Positions 11,722 to 23,702 of a DNA stretch of 64,000 bases are shown in pieces. The notes beneath the pieces were generated by a model that ran no database searches, was not told the DNA's origin, and worked only from the letters and a program-made list of their open reading frames with translations. Made by a program: the position numbers and the translations under genes. How positions within the stretch are numbered: position 1 is the first letter of the stretch; each line of letters opens with the position of its first letter. Origin of the DNA: Fimbriosthenelais zetlandica. Its lineage: Eukaryota. Location of the stretch: positions 55,738,001-55,802,000 of the forward strand of contig OZ365110.1 in NCBI GenBank assembly GCA_977030845.1, written 5' to 3'.

Positions 11722-12693
11722 ATGCTCACCAGCTCCGTCCATGATCAGACATCAGTCGGCATCATGCCCACCAAGTTCTGCAGGTCAACCACTGAGGTGA
11801 TCATCATCGACGACGATCACGACGAGATGAAGATGGACACGAGTGAATGTCCACTACCACCGAGGGGAATATCCACCAATACAACGACATACATAGATCT
11901 ATTCCGTGATGTGATTCCACCGGCTTCACTGAAGCTGCAGCAGCAGATGGGGGATGTGGTGGTGGGGCCACCACCCTCAGCCTCCCCACCACCACACCCA
12001 CCACCACCACCACTCTCATCTAGATGCCCTCTCAAACATGGCTGTCTGGATCCATGGACCTGGAACCGCCAGGAAAAATCACACGAGGTACGTCTACACG
12101 GTCCCAAGGGCCATTCGGTTCATTTTCATCCCAATTGGTCCAATGGAACCGCTGGGGTTCGAGGCTCCAGGGTTCTAAATGGTGGGGTGTATTACTGGGA
12201 AATTAAAGTCTCACAGAGGGTGTTTGGCACCAGCATGATGTTTGGTGTGGGTACGAACAATGCCAGATTGCACGTCGACGCCTTTGTTAATCTACTAGGA
12301 GAGGATGACCAGAGTTGGGGATTATCTCATAAAGGTCTGCTCTGGCATGATGGTCAATGGAGGCAATACAGTAAACCATTCAGGGAGAATGAAGCCACTG
12401 TTATAGGTCTATTGTTCGATGGCAAACAAGGTACATTGACTTATTACAAGGACAACGTTTGCCTGGGTATTGCCTTCACTGGGCTCAATAAAATCAAGGA
12501 GGAACTCTATCCCATCATTTGCTCAACCGCAGCCAAGACTGAGATGACGCTGGGGCTGTCGATGCGGGGGTTTGTGGATCTCCAGGATAGATGTAGGGCG
12601 GCTATTGTCTCCCAGCTCAATGAGGAGAACGCAGTCGATTCTCTGCCCATGCCCAACCGTATTAAACAGTTCATCAAAGAAGGCTGTCACTGA
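11722..12693 (+). CDS. SPSB3: SPRY domain-containing SOCS box protein, SPSB3-like (invertebrate SP555-type); single-exon CDS, 323 aa
   Basis: SPRY motifs FHPNWSNGTAGVRG, YYWEIK, FGTSMMFGVGT, LLGEDDQSWGLSHKG, GTLTYYKD, LYPIICSTAAKTEM; C-terminal SOCS box DLQDRCR...LPMP..IK. Start could be Met1 or Met15; orthology to vertebrate SPSB3 versus a paralogous subfamily is not resolved. Confidence 0.9.
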   Translation: MLTSSVHDQTSVGIMPTKFCRSTTEVIIIDDDHDEMKMDTSECPLPPRGISTNTTTYIDLFRDVIPPASLKLQQQMGDVVVGPPPSASPPPHPPPPPLSSRCPLKHGCLDPWTWNRQEKSHEVRLHGPKGHSVHFHPNWSNGTAGVRGSRVLNGGVYYWEIKVSQRVFGTSMMFGVGTNNARLHVDAFVNLLGEDDQSWGLSHKGLLWHDGQWRQYSKPFRENEATVIGLLFDGKQGTLTYYKDNVCLGIAFTGLNKIKEELYPIICSTAAKTEMTLGLSMRGFVDLQDRCRAAIVSQLNEENAVDSLPMPNRIKQFIKEGCH

Positions 12694-13387
12694 CAACGGC
12701 ACAACCAAGACAACCATCACAATCAGGTTCATATCATGCTTTTCTTTGTGCTAACGATTTTCATTTTTCACAAATTTAGACATTTCTAGCTTTATGTGAA
12801 CACACAGGGTTAAATGACGTTGATTTGATAATCATCGGGGAGTATGACTTGACATTTTTAAATGTCCGCCTGAAAATGGTGCATGCATTATAATCTAATT
12901 GCAATTTCAACAATGGCATTGACTTTTAAAAGTCGACCAGGCTGCCACGTGTCTTTGTTTCAAATACGGGACCTCTATATTGAACGCCAGTTGTATGTCG
13001 TAATATCTTCATAATCACTCATCATATTGTATATATTTCATATTGTCATCATTGATTGACTTTATCACTTGAAATGTTTAACTTCGCCGAGAGGCAAGCA
13101 GTGAGGGAGGAGACTGAATCTCAATTTATAAAATTAACCTTAGAGTGCAGCGACATGAGCTGCTCGGGGATCCAAAGTAATTATCATTGCAAATTCAAAA
13201 TGGCGTCGCCATGGTGATGCTGGACCCTGACAACAAGTGTCTGTACTCTATATTTATATTCTGTCTGTATTTATTTTAGTAGAGTAGTGTCACTTTCCAT
13301 TGTTTTTCTCTGGAAACTTTGGAAATGTTGGCAAAAAAACCACCCAACCTTGGATGATGAATCTAGTCAAAGATATGTACATACATA

Positions 13388-13525
13388 GGTAGAGTATGAG
13401 AGAGTGAGTGAGTGAGGAGAGATAGTGAGAGAGATAGTGAGAGAGATGGTGAGAGATAGTGAGAGAGAAAGTGATTGAGTGAGTGAGAGGGAGGAAGAGT
13501 GAGGGAGGGAGAGTGAGTGAGTATG
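13388..13525. repeat. (GA)/(GAGT)n microsatellite
   Basis: Degenerate gaga/gagt repeats. Confidence 0.85.
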
Positions 13526-13634
13526 GGGGGACGGGTATTTAATAGCTTTATAGAAATGCTATGGTAGGGAGCCAAATATCAACACTAACTTGTAGAATAG
13601 CCAGTATTGCATTGTTTAGTCTTAGATAAAACTA

Positions 13635-13658
13635 GGCCTGTTTCATAATATTATGAAA
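13635..13658. mobile_element. Collapsed MITE remnant (GGCCTGTTTCATAA family)
   Basis: ggcctg followed by the perfect 18-bp palindrome tttcataatattatgaaa; same terminus as the MITE at 46120. Confidence 0.45.
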
Positions 13659-16600
13659 TGTGTCCAGGTACACGCCCATAAATCTGTAATTGTACAAACT
13701 GAACTTATTTTATAACATGCTACACAAAGTTGTATGGATGTGACGCTCAAATGTAATTTAAAGTGTGAAATGATTAATTTATAATCAGTATGGATGATTC
13801 AATCTAGTCATGATGATTGATAATGTATGGTTAGTAATTATTGGTAGATATTTAGTTATTTAATTAGTATTAGAGGCAGTTTTACTGGGATACAACTTAC
13901 ACTTGTGAATGATCTTGATATAATCTGTGAACCAATATTTAATATATAGTTAACCACAAACCAAAGAACCAATAACTCTGTGAAAAAAATCCCGCTGGGA
14001 TATGATAGGAGTGAAGGAGGCAAATCTTAACCGTTACTTTTTTTCTTTTGAAAAAAATCGTGCCAAAGCATAATATCTAACCCGGTTAATTTCAAAATTT
14101 CTTGGCGCGTTCCTTTAGACCAGGTGGAGAGTTTAAGGTGAATATATTGTCATTGTGAAGGTATTGGTGATGAGGGGAGACGAGTGTCACAGCCAGGTGG
14201 GTGTGTCCCCCCGCGTTTCTCACATCAAGCAGAACACAGACCACCAGCTGGAGTCTCTCTACCCGCCCTGTTTAAATCTCATCTCAACTCGTGTTTACTT
14301 TTCCAGTAATTTGAATGGTATTCAATAGGTACACCTAGTGATTTCAGATATAGGCTAGCCGAAATTTACTAATTTAATTAGTCAAAGGTGTGTGGAAGGG
14401 AATATTTAAGTTGACAATCAATATTTTAAAGCTAAATCCAATCTATTTAGAGCTTATCTCTTATTATGTTCACAATCCCAATAGGTAATCAATTATTTGA
14501 ATGATTTTCCATAGGTATTTACTTATTTAATTATAGCCATTTTAGGTACCCACGGTTGATTTATTGGGATAATTATATTATTTGGAATAGGCCGAATCAA
14601 TAATTGTAACCCAAATCCAATCAAATCTCAAAAATTGTCCTGAAAATATGCCTATCTTAACAATGGTATGGAGAGTTCTAACGGGATTTACATCCTGGCA
14701 CTATATGTGTTAATACCTAACAGTTTTATCTTTTGTTTGGCATTGCTGTGTTTTGCTGTGCCTGGCATAGCTGTGCCGACCCCGCTCTGCCAGATGTCTG
14801 TCCCCGGCTCAGCACGGTTTATCACCCCGCACCATGTGTATCGGTATTTCTGCTCGTCTCACATGACTGATTATTCTCGCACCTGGCTTAACGGGCGCCC
14901 CTGTCACCCCCCCCGGGGCCCACCCCCACCTTCCAACCCCCCCCCCCTCCCTTCCTTCCCCCCCCCCCCCACCTCCCTGTCAGCCAGCCGGCCGCTCACC
15001 CACCCACAACCGTCGTGCCAGGTGAAAGAAAATTTTCAAAAGATGCAACAAAACTGGGTGCAATTCCAACAAACCCCATCAGCTGCTGACGTTTGAATTT
15101 CCTATCGGAATGCACAATGCGTGCAATATGAGGGAAAGAGATAACGGTCCCGCTCTGGTGAACAAACGTCCTGCCATACATACCCCAAACCATTGTCCCC
15201 AACTCACACACAATACAAGTTGTCCCTACATTCCGCTGGTGATTTGCAGTCAATTTTTAGAAATTCTAATATGTCTATTTAAATACTGAATGAATGTTTG
15301 AATGAAGAGTGCATTAACTTATGTCATAATATTTATGTGTATATAAAATGTATTTCAACTGGTGCTATATCTCTATAATGTTAAACATTACATTATAATG
15401 TTTATTGAATACATACAAACCATTCCGGTGGTTCGTGGCGGCCAGCGTGTCCCTCGAGTGCTCATTATTGTATTATAATATGAACATGTCTTGAATTATT
15501 TATGTCGATTTTTGTGTACATTTATGAAGAAAATGTGAATTTGTCATAATTATTTTGCCTCGCGACTATTTATAGAAAATGTGAATTTATGATGATTTTG
15601 TACCATTCCCTACGGGGATTTGAACAATTTTGTTAAAAGATTTCGCTCAGTTTGCCTATATTGTATATGAATTGTTGCTACAATGTATTGTCAATTTTAA
15701 GATGTAATTGAAATGTCAGTTACAGATGAAATCGCTTTTGTGGAGCAAAAAGAACAAAAAGACCCAATTTTGAATGATGATGCTCATCAATTCTCAACGT
15801 AGGATTTATGTGAAAACTATAAAAAAACAAACCATTGAGTTGGTTAATTCAGTTATGCCCATATTTAGATTACTTGAGAATGTATTATGAAACAAAATGT
15901 ATTATAGACCCTTTTATTTGTGAAAAGGGCATAAAATGATGTAAATTATTATTTCTGTGTGTTCTATAGGTAGTTAGGAAACGGTGTATTTATTTTTGCG
16001 ATTACCAAATGATGGAATCGTTCGGCTGGACATACGTGCAATATTATGATCCAATTGTGAAATCCTTTATATAGAAGGCTCACTTTGTAATTTAGTTAAA
16101 TTTTTAGTATAATTTATGTGAATTTTCTTTAGGAACTTGTCTTCATTTCTAGGATAATTATTAGAGGTTGTTTGTGTGTGCCGTTTTAGTGACTTCTCGA
16201 TTGTAAATCAAGACGATTTTGAAAAAAAAATGAAAGAAATTATTTGAGAGCTGTTCGTATCAATAAAAGAATTCTTGAGATGAATGGCAAAAATGGATTT
16301 GTTTTCCTTCCTAAAAGAGTGTCAACAACTGACACTTAGAAAACTTGGATTGAGATTAGTTAGAGTTTCACAATAGATTCCTATATTATCTATTGTGAAA
16401 CAGGTCTCTCATAAGTCTGTTAGTGGACTATAATCTCCTGCTCACTCGGCTGCGGTTCTGAGTTGATGACTTTTCATCACCTATGATCCTCAAGACATAA
16501 AATACGCACTTTCCGACAATGAATAGTCGAAAATATTGCCAGTTTCTTATCGGCAAAAGCGTCAGTACTATGGTGGACAACGACGTCAACTGATTTATGA

Positions 16601-17061
16601 CTTTAAGAACTTTCACTTTCTTACGCCGCGCGGGAACACTGAGAGAGCTACCATATCAGATATTAAATGCCATTTTGATATCTTAGTATAAGGTATCAAA
16701 TCAAATTGTATGGAGTGGGCTTAGTGTGAACACACCAAGGCAGGGCTAACTTTGCCCTATAACATGAATTTAATATCCTAAGTATTATTAATTATTTCGA
16801 GAGATAGCTTAGACTTGCGCAAGCCCTTTTTCCATTTTGTTAAAATTAAGTAATGATGAGACCTTTCCTATCTCGACTGAAGAATCAATGACCCTCCAGG
16901 GCAGTAGGTAGGAAGATCATTGTCTGTAATGGGAACGGGCGCTCGTCTAGACATACCATAAGGGATTAGTTCAAATTAAAAACAACGAACTTTTCAACAC
17001 TTAAATGCTATGAGATAACAAGGTCAATTATCTTAAATTATTTCAAAAATGAAAAAGTTTG

Positions 17062-17106
17062 TGACCAGGCCGGGAATCGAACCCGGGTCTTACACGTTTC
17101 AGGCGG
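17062..17106 (-). mobile_element. tRNA-derived fragment (3' half, B-box), related to 1943-2016
   Basis: Minus strand gcctgaaacgtgtaagacccgggttcgattcccggcctggtca aligns with the 1943-2016 element. Confidence 0.6.
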
Positions 17107-17443
17107 CATCTAGTTTTTGTTGGCTCAATGATTATCCGGGATAGAAGCCATAATGGTAATGTAACTACCCACTCATTTCCCAGAGAATAAGTCTACAAAT
17201 AAATCCATTTCTCATAATTTATTTCCCGTGCATTTCATCAGACATTATTATAATATTTTCGCTTATATTTCCAGTTATAAAACATTGTATTATACCTGGC
17301 AATGCCGCCCATGCCCAAACTTCTCATCTTAATTATTACAAGTATCCTACCCTTTTCATAATAATAAACGATGTTTCAGTTTATTATTATGAAACGGGAT
17401 AAAAACGGTCAATTCCTATCAATCTTATGACTAATATTAACCT

Positions 17444-17662
17444 TTAGACTGGGGGTTTTTGTTGTAAAGCGTCAGCCAGGAAGAGTTTACCGAAGCTTTG
17501 AGAGACGAATTCGTTGATGTGGTTGGCGTAGCAGGAGACTTGGCCGGCGTGGAGGAAGCTGTCGAGGCGGGAGGGAGGCTGGAGCGGTTTAAACTTCTTG
17601 TTTAGGTCCTCCTCAGGGAGCGGTGGCTCGCCACGGTTCCTACGCATCGTGTTTTCTTGATC
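17444..17662 (-). CDS. EIF3H: eIF3 subunit H, exon 7 (last)
   Basis: ttttag|GAT; [20 protein letters not shown]...[12 protein letters not shown]. The seven exons sum to 999 nt = 332 aa + stop with consistent phases. Confidence 0.97.
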   Translation of the reverse strand, partial: DQENTMRRNRGEPPLPEEDLNKKFKPLQPPSRLDSFLHAGQVSCYANHINEFVSQSFGKLFLADALQQKPPV

Positions 17663-17804
17663 CTAAAATGATAGAAAAATCATTAAAATATAATTAATAC
17701 AGATTATGAGATAACGTTACTATACGGACTATAAAAGGGTTAGAAATTATTTAACGACCAATTTTATAGTAGGAAACACGCTGCTGGAACACAATGGTCT
17801 ACCA

Positions 17805-18004
17805 CTTAAGGAACATCAGCAATGGTTCTTTTACATGCCTCTCGCCACAGACAGCGGGAGACATGCCTGGTCTTTGATATCCCAGTTAGCAGCACTGGGT
17901 TAGAGTAGAGAAAGACAAAAGCAAATTCTTCAGAATGCTCGGGGAATTGAACCCGGGACCTTTTGCATTCAAGTCGGACAATCGACAGCTTGAGCTATGC
18001 CGCT
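17805..18004 (-). mobile_element. tRNA-headed Nin-type SINE (3' truncated) in EIF3H intron 6
   Basis: Minus strand: gcaTAGCTCAAG (A-box) ... GGGTTCAATTCCCC (B-box) ... gtgctgctaactgggatatcaaagaccaggcatgtc ... gaggcatgtaaaagaaccattgctg. Nin assignment is from recalled consensus. Confidence 0.8.
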
Positions 18005-20084
18005 GGGCCAGGCCAAGTGGTAACGGAGGGACACTTTTGCTGTATTTTGCCCTAGTACTCATGTGCTATTCAAGATTGAGTAAAATAACAACTGGTATTA
18101 TATAAAGGCTACCTTAGACTATAAACTCAGGGAAAAAAGTTTGGAGCCAAACAACTTCTTGTGGGTGAAATTTGTAAAAAACAGTGTGGTAACGGAGGGA
18201 CGCAAAATTAACGTCTATTTTTTGCACTTTTTTCAGACCTGCATATCATACGGTTCCTGAGGTTCAAATCATTATTTATCTCTTTCACAATGTGCTATTA
18301 CTATTTAAATATGAACATACAAAATTGCAAGCCAGTAGGGCTTCTCAATTTTTATGGAGCAGTATTTAAAGAGTGATGGTCATGGTAACGGAGGGACATT
18401 GGCAAATGGTAACGGAGGGACACATTTTCACTATGTCTATTCAGGCAGCCCTTATACATCATATACCAATTGTTTGCTCAATTGATATGTTTTAGTGTAT
18501 TTTGGCAACAGTGGAACACCTTTCACATTATTCCAAGGGTTTTATGCAGCTTTAAATTAAGCCTGGGCCACTTCAAATATCTGAAGTTAACAATTGGTGA
18601 AAAATGATGCAATGTGAAAAAATGTTCCAGTGTAACCTTAAATTCTTTCACAAAATGAACTCTAAATTAATCATATAGTTTTATTTCAAATCCCAATTCA
18701 ATTTAATTACATCATGGTATGAAAAGCTGGCCTTAAATAACCTTTTGATTCCTTAAACTGAACCTTCCATTTTTCAGTATATTTCCAAGTAAAAATTACA
18801 GAAAATTGCTTAATTCATAACAGAAAATGTCTTGAGGAGGTGTAATTTTGGTGGATTACATGCAAAAACCTATGTTGATTCAGCTTAGTACTCATCGATC
18901 AAACAGAGCAGCTCATCAAAATACCAAATTTTGATGGAAATTGCAAAATCATCTACCTTTGTATTTGTTGAAAATTTTGTGAATTTGACTATCTGGTGTC
19001 AGTGACTGAAAGTCCATAAATTATTTTCAGTCTATTAGATCTCACTTTAGTACAGTTCAATGAATTTCTGCGTTATGGTGGCAAAATCCTCAGCACTTAG
19101 TTTCAGCAGGTTTGTCCTACTTGACGATGATGGGGCAGGAGCATCAACTTCGAGGAACACAACTGATGTGTTAAGATTTATATTACTGACCCAAGGAAGC
19201 CCTTTCTTGTTTGGAAATTTTGGTTTTATTGAATCCAATGCAAGTGATTCATTTTAAACTAGAGGCCTTCTTTAGCTAGGCATAATGAAGCCATGCAAAG
19301 TTTTTCTTCTCATACTATAGAATCCAAATGGAAGGAAGCCATGATTGTCGTTACAAGCAGCCCTTTAAAATGTGAAACCATGCATGACAATGGTAAAATA
19401 CCAAATTAAAGGAGATATCTAAAGCCTAAAACAATTTTGTAACCCATCTGAGTAAATAAAAATATTATTATGCATCTACCATGCTAGATTTACCCAGTTC
19501 AAATTTGTGTCCCTCCGTTACCGGTAACGGAGGGACAGTTTTCACCCCCCTCAAAATCATAATTCTGACAATGTTTTTTCAAAACTGGTTATACTGCATC
19601 AAGACACATCCCAATTTGCTTTCTTTTGGGAAGTTTCACCTCTCTGAGTGGAAAATTTATTTTAAAAAAATTGAAAAAACTATGTTTTTTTGGTAACGGA
19701 GGGACAGACCAAAATGAGAATCCAGACATTTTTGAATACACTGTAAAAAAAATTCTGTGACTTTTTATCCTAAAACATTCACTCTAGTGGGATGCCTGTT
19801 CATATCATTATTAGAAAAAAATGTTATTTATTCATATTTTATTAAAAACAGATGCACAGTAAGGCTATTGTTGTAGGGTAGAATCAGGAGGAAAGTGCAT
19901 GGGTTCATGTTCATCAATCCCAATGGATTAAAAAACCCATAACTTTTTTTCTAGTAGAGATAAATCAATAATTTTTTCGGTTCTGTACACCTTGGCATGT
20001 TGGCTTCAAGATCAGGCTATAAGGAATTCATTTCAAAGGGTTTTAAATTTTGCCTCTGATGTTAACCTCCCCTTGGCCTGGCCC
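18005..20084. mobile_element. Non-autonomous DNA transposon, 2080 bp, Sola2-like termini
   Basis: TIR GGGCCAGGCCAAG (18005-18017) and CTTGGCCTGGCCC (20072-20084), flanked on both sides by CGCT (4-bp TSD); 7 internal copies of GGTAACGGAGGGAC; no transposase ORF recognised. Confidence 0.8.
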
Positions 20085-20215
20085 CGCTACTGATGAAGGG
20101 CAAGTATTATAATAGAGATCAGAAAATGAAGGGAAACTTAGATTAGTAGCAGTTCTCTGTAGAGAGATTGAAGAATAATAAATTCAGAAAAAAAAATCTT
20201 TCTAATTGTACTGAC

Positions 20216-20351
20216 CCTTTTCTGGACGTACTGGTTCTTGGCGTACGTTTGTTTCTGGGCTTGCCGCATGTATGTGAAGTATTTGTTGGCGTCCTGTGAC
20301 AACTCATCCACACATTCCATCACCAGCTTCAGATTCTTCTCCAACACAGAT
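20216..20351 (-). CDS. EIF3H: eIF3 subunit H, exon 6
   Basis: tttcag|A ... AGG|gtcagt; SVLEKNLKLVMECVDELSQDANKYFTYMRQ...QYVQKR. Confidence 0.97.
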
Positions 20352-20554
20352 CTGAAAAAACAAAAAATTAAATTAAATTATAAAACTCATAACTCACTTT
20401 TAGGTAAATTTACCTGCAAGACAGACTATATTCTTCTCGATCACATGATGCTCCAGTTCACTCCACATTGTCTGGTCAATGATTCAATTTCAATATTTTA
20501 ATATTAATTTACTCATTTCTTCTCGATAGATAGCCTAATAAATATCACATAATG

Positions 20555-21030
20555 ACTATTTGTCAGCAAATCGGAAGACAAAAATTATACAAACTATCGG
20601 CATACAATAGCCTGCTCTTTTCGAACTACCGCAACGATTCTTTTACATGCCTCTCACCACAGACAGTGGGAGACATGGCTGGCCTTTTACATTCCTCTCA
20701 CCACAGACAGTGGGAGACATGGCTGGCCTTTTACATGCCTCTCACCACAGATAGTGGGAGACATGGCTGGCCTTTTACATGCCTCTCACCACAGATAGTC
20801 GGAGACATGGCTCGCCTTTTACATGCCTCTCACTACAGACAGTGGGAGACATGGCTGGCCTTTTACATGCCTCTCACTACAGACAGTGGGAGACATGACT
20901 GGCCTTTTACATGCCTCTCACCACAGACAGTGGGAGACATGGCTGGCCTTTTACATGCCTCTCACTACAGACAGTGGGAGACATGGCTGGCCTTTGATAG
21001 TACTATCCCAGTTAACAGCCCTGGGTGCAG
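20555..21030 (-). mobile_element. Nin-type SINE with an internal 44-bp unit expanded 8 times
   Basis: Unit ggccttttacatgcctctcaccacagacagtgggagacatggct, junctions at 20681, 20725, 20769 ... 20989; both flanks continue the SINE sequence seen at 17.8 and 28.6 kb. Confidence 0.9.
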
Positions 21031-21103
21031 AGGGACAAAGGGCAATACAATCTCTGCATAAACATCCTAAATTAAAAGAAAAATAATAAAATAAGAGACT
21101 GAC

Positions 21104-21253
21104 CCGGTAGCGAGGTCGAGGAAGCTGAATGTGTTTTTGTTGGGCGCCGTCTCGTCCAGCTCACACAGTAGTCCGTTCACGAGGTGAGAGTTCTTCACGA
21201 TCACCGGAATCTCATCAAACATCTTATCAAAACTCATCGACGACTCCTTGATC
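21104..21253 (-). CDS. EIF3H: eIF3 subunit H, exon 5
   Basis: tttcag|G ... GG|gtcagt; IKESSMSFDKMFDEIPVIVKNSHLVNGLLCEL...FLDLATG. Confidence 0.97.
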
Positions 21254-21595
21254 CTGAAAATAAAAAATAACACAGAATTAAAAACAATTTATTTATTGTG
21301 CATCTTGTGGAGTTTATATTTTGGTAAGCCAAATGTCCCCATTCAATACTTGACCTTCCTAGAAAAATTGTATACTTTAATTTATTTAGTTCTTTTTTTT
21401 TTTTTTTGGGGGGGGGGGTCTATTTTAAGGGGGCGGGGGGGGGGGCGGCGGGGGATTAGACAAATAATTATATCACTCATATTTCTCTCCATTTCTAGCA
21501 TAATTTTGGTGAGTTGTAACAAAGAAAAGCGTGAGAGGCTTAGTAACAGATAGTGAACAGAAGGAGTAAATTTGGATAATATTTTTTTAACTTAC

Positions 21596-21695
21596 ACATC
21601 GGGTGAGAAGTCCCCGGCTTCGTACATCTTCATCATTTTCGGTGTGAGACGCATGGCTTTAACAGACAGGTGACCCTTGGCTGTCCTCAGAGGAT
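21596..21695 (-). CDS. EIF3H: eIF3 subunit H, exon 4
   Basis: ttccag|AT ... GT|gtaagt; DPLRTAKGHLSVKAMRLTPKMMKMYEAGDFSPDV. Confidence 0.97.
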
Positions 21696-22090
21696 CTGGA
21701 AAATTAAAATAAAATATTCTTGGTATAAAAAAATGCCAATAAATACACAAATATATAGTTTATTCAATAGTATTATGTATGAAGGATACACAAGTCAGAA
21801 TTAAATTCTGCGAGAATTACATGTAAGCCAATGGATCTCTTAGAAATTGTACGATATAAATTTAAACTAAAGAATAAGTTAATAATAATTTTCATATAGA
21901 TTAGTCTTAAAAGCATGGGTGTCTGAGTATCTTATATAAATGTAAATAATTCCCAAATTATTTATCACTAAATTATACTAAAATTAGGTTCATAATTATA
22001 GTTTAAGGTACGATCTCCCCTGATCCAAGGGGGTGCTCTTATAATGATTATTCTAAAGTAGAGTTGGTGATTTTTTTAAGGAGAACTGAC

Positions 22091-22258
22091 CGTAAATGAG
22101 GACGATGGACTCCTCGATGGAGTGCTGGTAGTTGAACTGTGAGTCTAGGAGAGCCTTGTTGAGATACATTCCAAAATAGGTGGACTGGTACCAGCCCACG
22201 TGGAGGTGGTCCACGTTCACGTGGCGCAGATTCCTCATCATCTCCATCTGGTAATTCA
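22091..22258 (-). CDS. EIF3H: eIF3 subunit H, exon 3
   Basis: tttcag|TG ... G|gtcagt; [27 protein letters not shown]...[11 protein letters not shown]. Confidence 0.98.
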
Positions 22259-22279
22259 CTGAAAATATTCAAAAATATT

Positions 22280-22399
22280 AATTATACTTAAATTTAAAAA
22301 ATAATAATTATACTTAAATTTAAAAAATAATAATTATACTTAAATTTAAAAAATAATAATTATACTTAAATTTAAAAAATAATAATTATACTTAAATTT
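22280..22399. repeat. 26-bp AT-rich tandem repeat (about 4.6 copies) in EIF3H intron 2
   Basis: aattatacttaaatttaaaaaataat starting at 22280, 22306, 22332, 22358, 22384. Confidence 0.95.
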
Positions 22400-22799
22400 G
22401 TAACAAGAGATTTCAGAATTAATGTCGCAAATTTATTGCCCTAGAAGGAGTTATATTTTTATATTTTATTTTTAAAGATATATGAATGGATAAACGGGAA
22501 GGGCATATAGGGGAATATGGAACACAATAAGTAAGGTACTTCTTATTCTGTGGTCGATTAAACCATTATTAGAAAAATTAGCACAAAATACAGACAGTTA
22601 TGTTAGAATACCGGTTGTTGATGCAATTTATCCATTTGATAAATTTATGCCTTGCCACAATCCAGCACTTTTTATGGAATATTGTGCCTAATTATTAATA
22701 TTAATTATAAAGGAGTTTGTAGATATTGCAATAGCTAGGTATGCAGCTGCATTTTTTCCTAAATAAATTTTAAAACAAAATAAAGGGGTATCTACTCAC

Positions 22800-22959
22800 T
22801 TTCATCAAAGTCTTCTTCCTCCGGGGGGTGTCGTGGGAAGGGGAAGCAGTTCGTGACCTCGAGTCTGTTCCCCTCTACGAGTCCCAGGAGGACACCCTGG
22901 ACGAGGTCCGTCCCTCCAGATCCCTCCTCCTGACAATGCTTCACTATCTTAAGCACGAC
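22800..22959 (-). CDS. EIF3H: eIF3 subunit H, exon 2
   Basis: ttctag|GTC ... A|gtgagt; [13 protein letters not shown]...[23 protein letters not shown] (MPN domain). Confidence 0.98.
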
Positions 22960-23702
22960 CTAGAAAAGACAAATATCAAAAATTAAAATCTAATTAAAGA
23001 AGCCTTCATATAATAGGTTAATAATTTATCTTGGCAAATATTATACAGTTCTAAGGCAAATACCCCCCCCCCCCCCCCCCACCACCAATTATTCGCCAAA
23101 CAGTTAAATTAATATATACTTAATAGGCCTATGAAATTATATATTAATTCATATATATGCCTATTAATTTAATGCATTGATCAATGTATTGAGATGTATA
23201 ATACCTGGTACATAAATTATAAAGTGACATAATTATTTAGGCCAGCATATTTTTGAGGAAATTTATTTAGTGGAAATTAAACAAAATTATTAAAATGTAC
23301 TAATCATTGAATCAATGTAAATGAGAATGGCTTCCTCATCGAGTCATTCATTCATTGCCAACTAAACGCCATTCAATGCAGTAAAGATCATTTGCTTAAC
23401 GGGTGAGCTTACGTATCGGCTATGTGTTTATATTTGCATTGGTTTTCCGAGAAATTAGTGACTGGTATTCAATGGTAACAACGCTGAGAGTGACTGTCAA
23501 CTTGCTCTGTGTATTCCCCCATTCAGGCCACTGTCAACACGGACAAGGCCTCGCATTGTGATAGACCGAGGGCCATATGGCCGATGTTTGATGGCCAATT
23601 ACAGCTCAACTCCCAACCCTACCCTTCATATCCCGGTCAAATATTGGCGGCTACGGACAAAGCCTCCGAGCGGAAACTATAGAATAAAACAGAAACACGT
23701 AC

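Noticed and set aside
18880-18925. C/D snoRNA-like TGATGA...CTGA in an EIF3H intron (minus strand)
   Set aside because: The boxes are only about 30 nt apart, there is no terminal stem, and it lies inside the transposon.
20552-21086. Repetitive 169-aa and 87-aa ORFs
   Set aside because: Translations of the 44-bp SINE-derived array in EIF3H intron 5.
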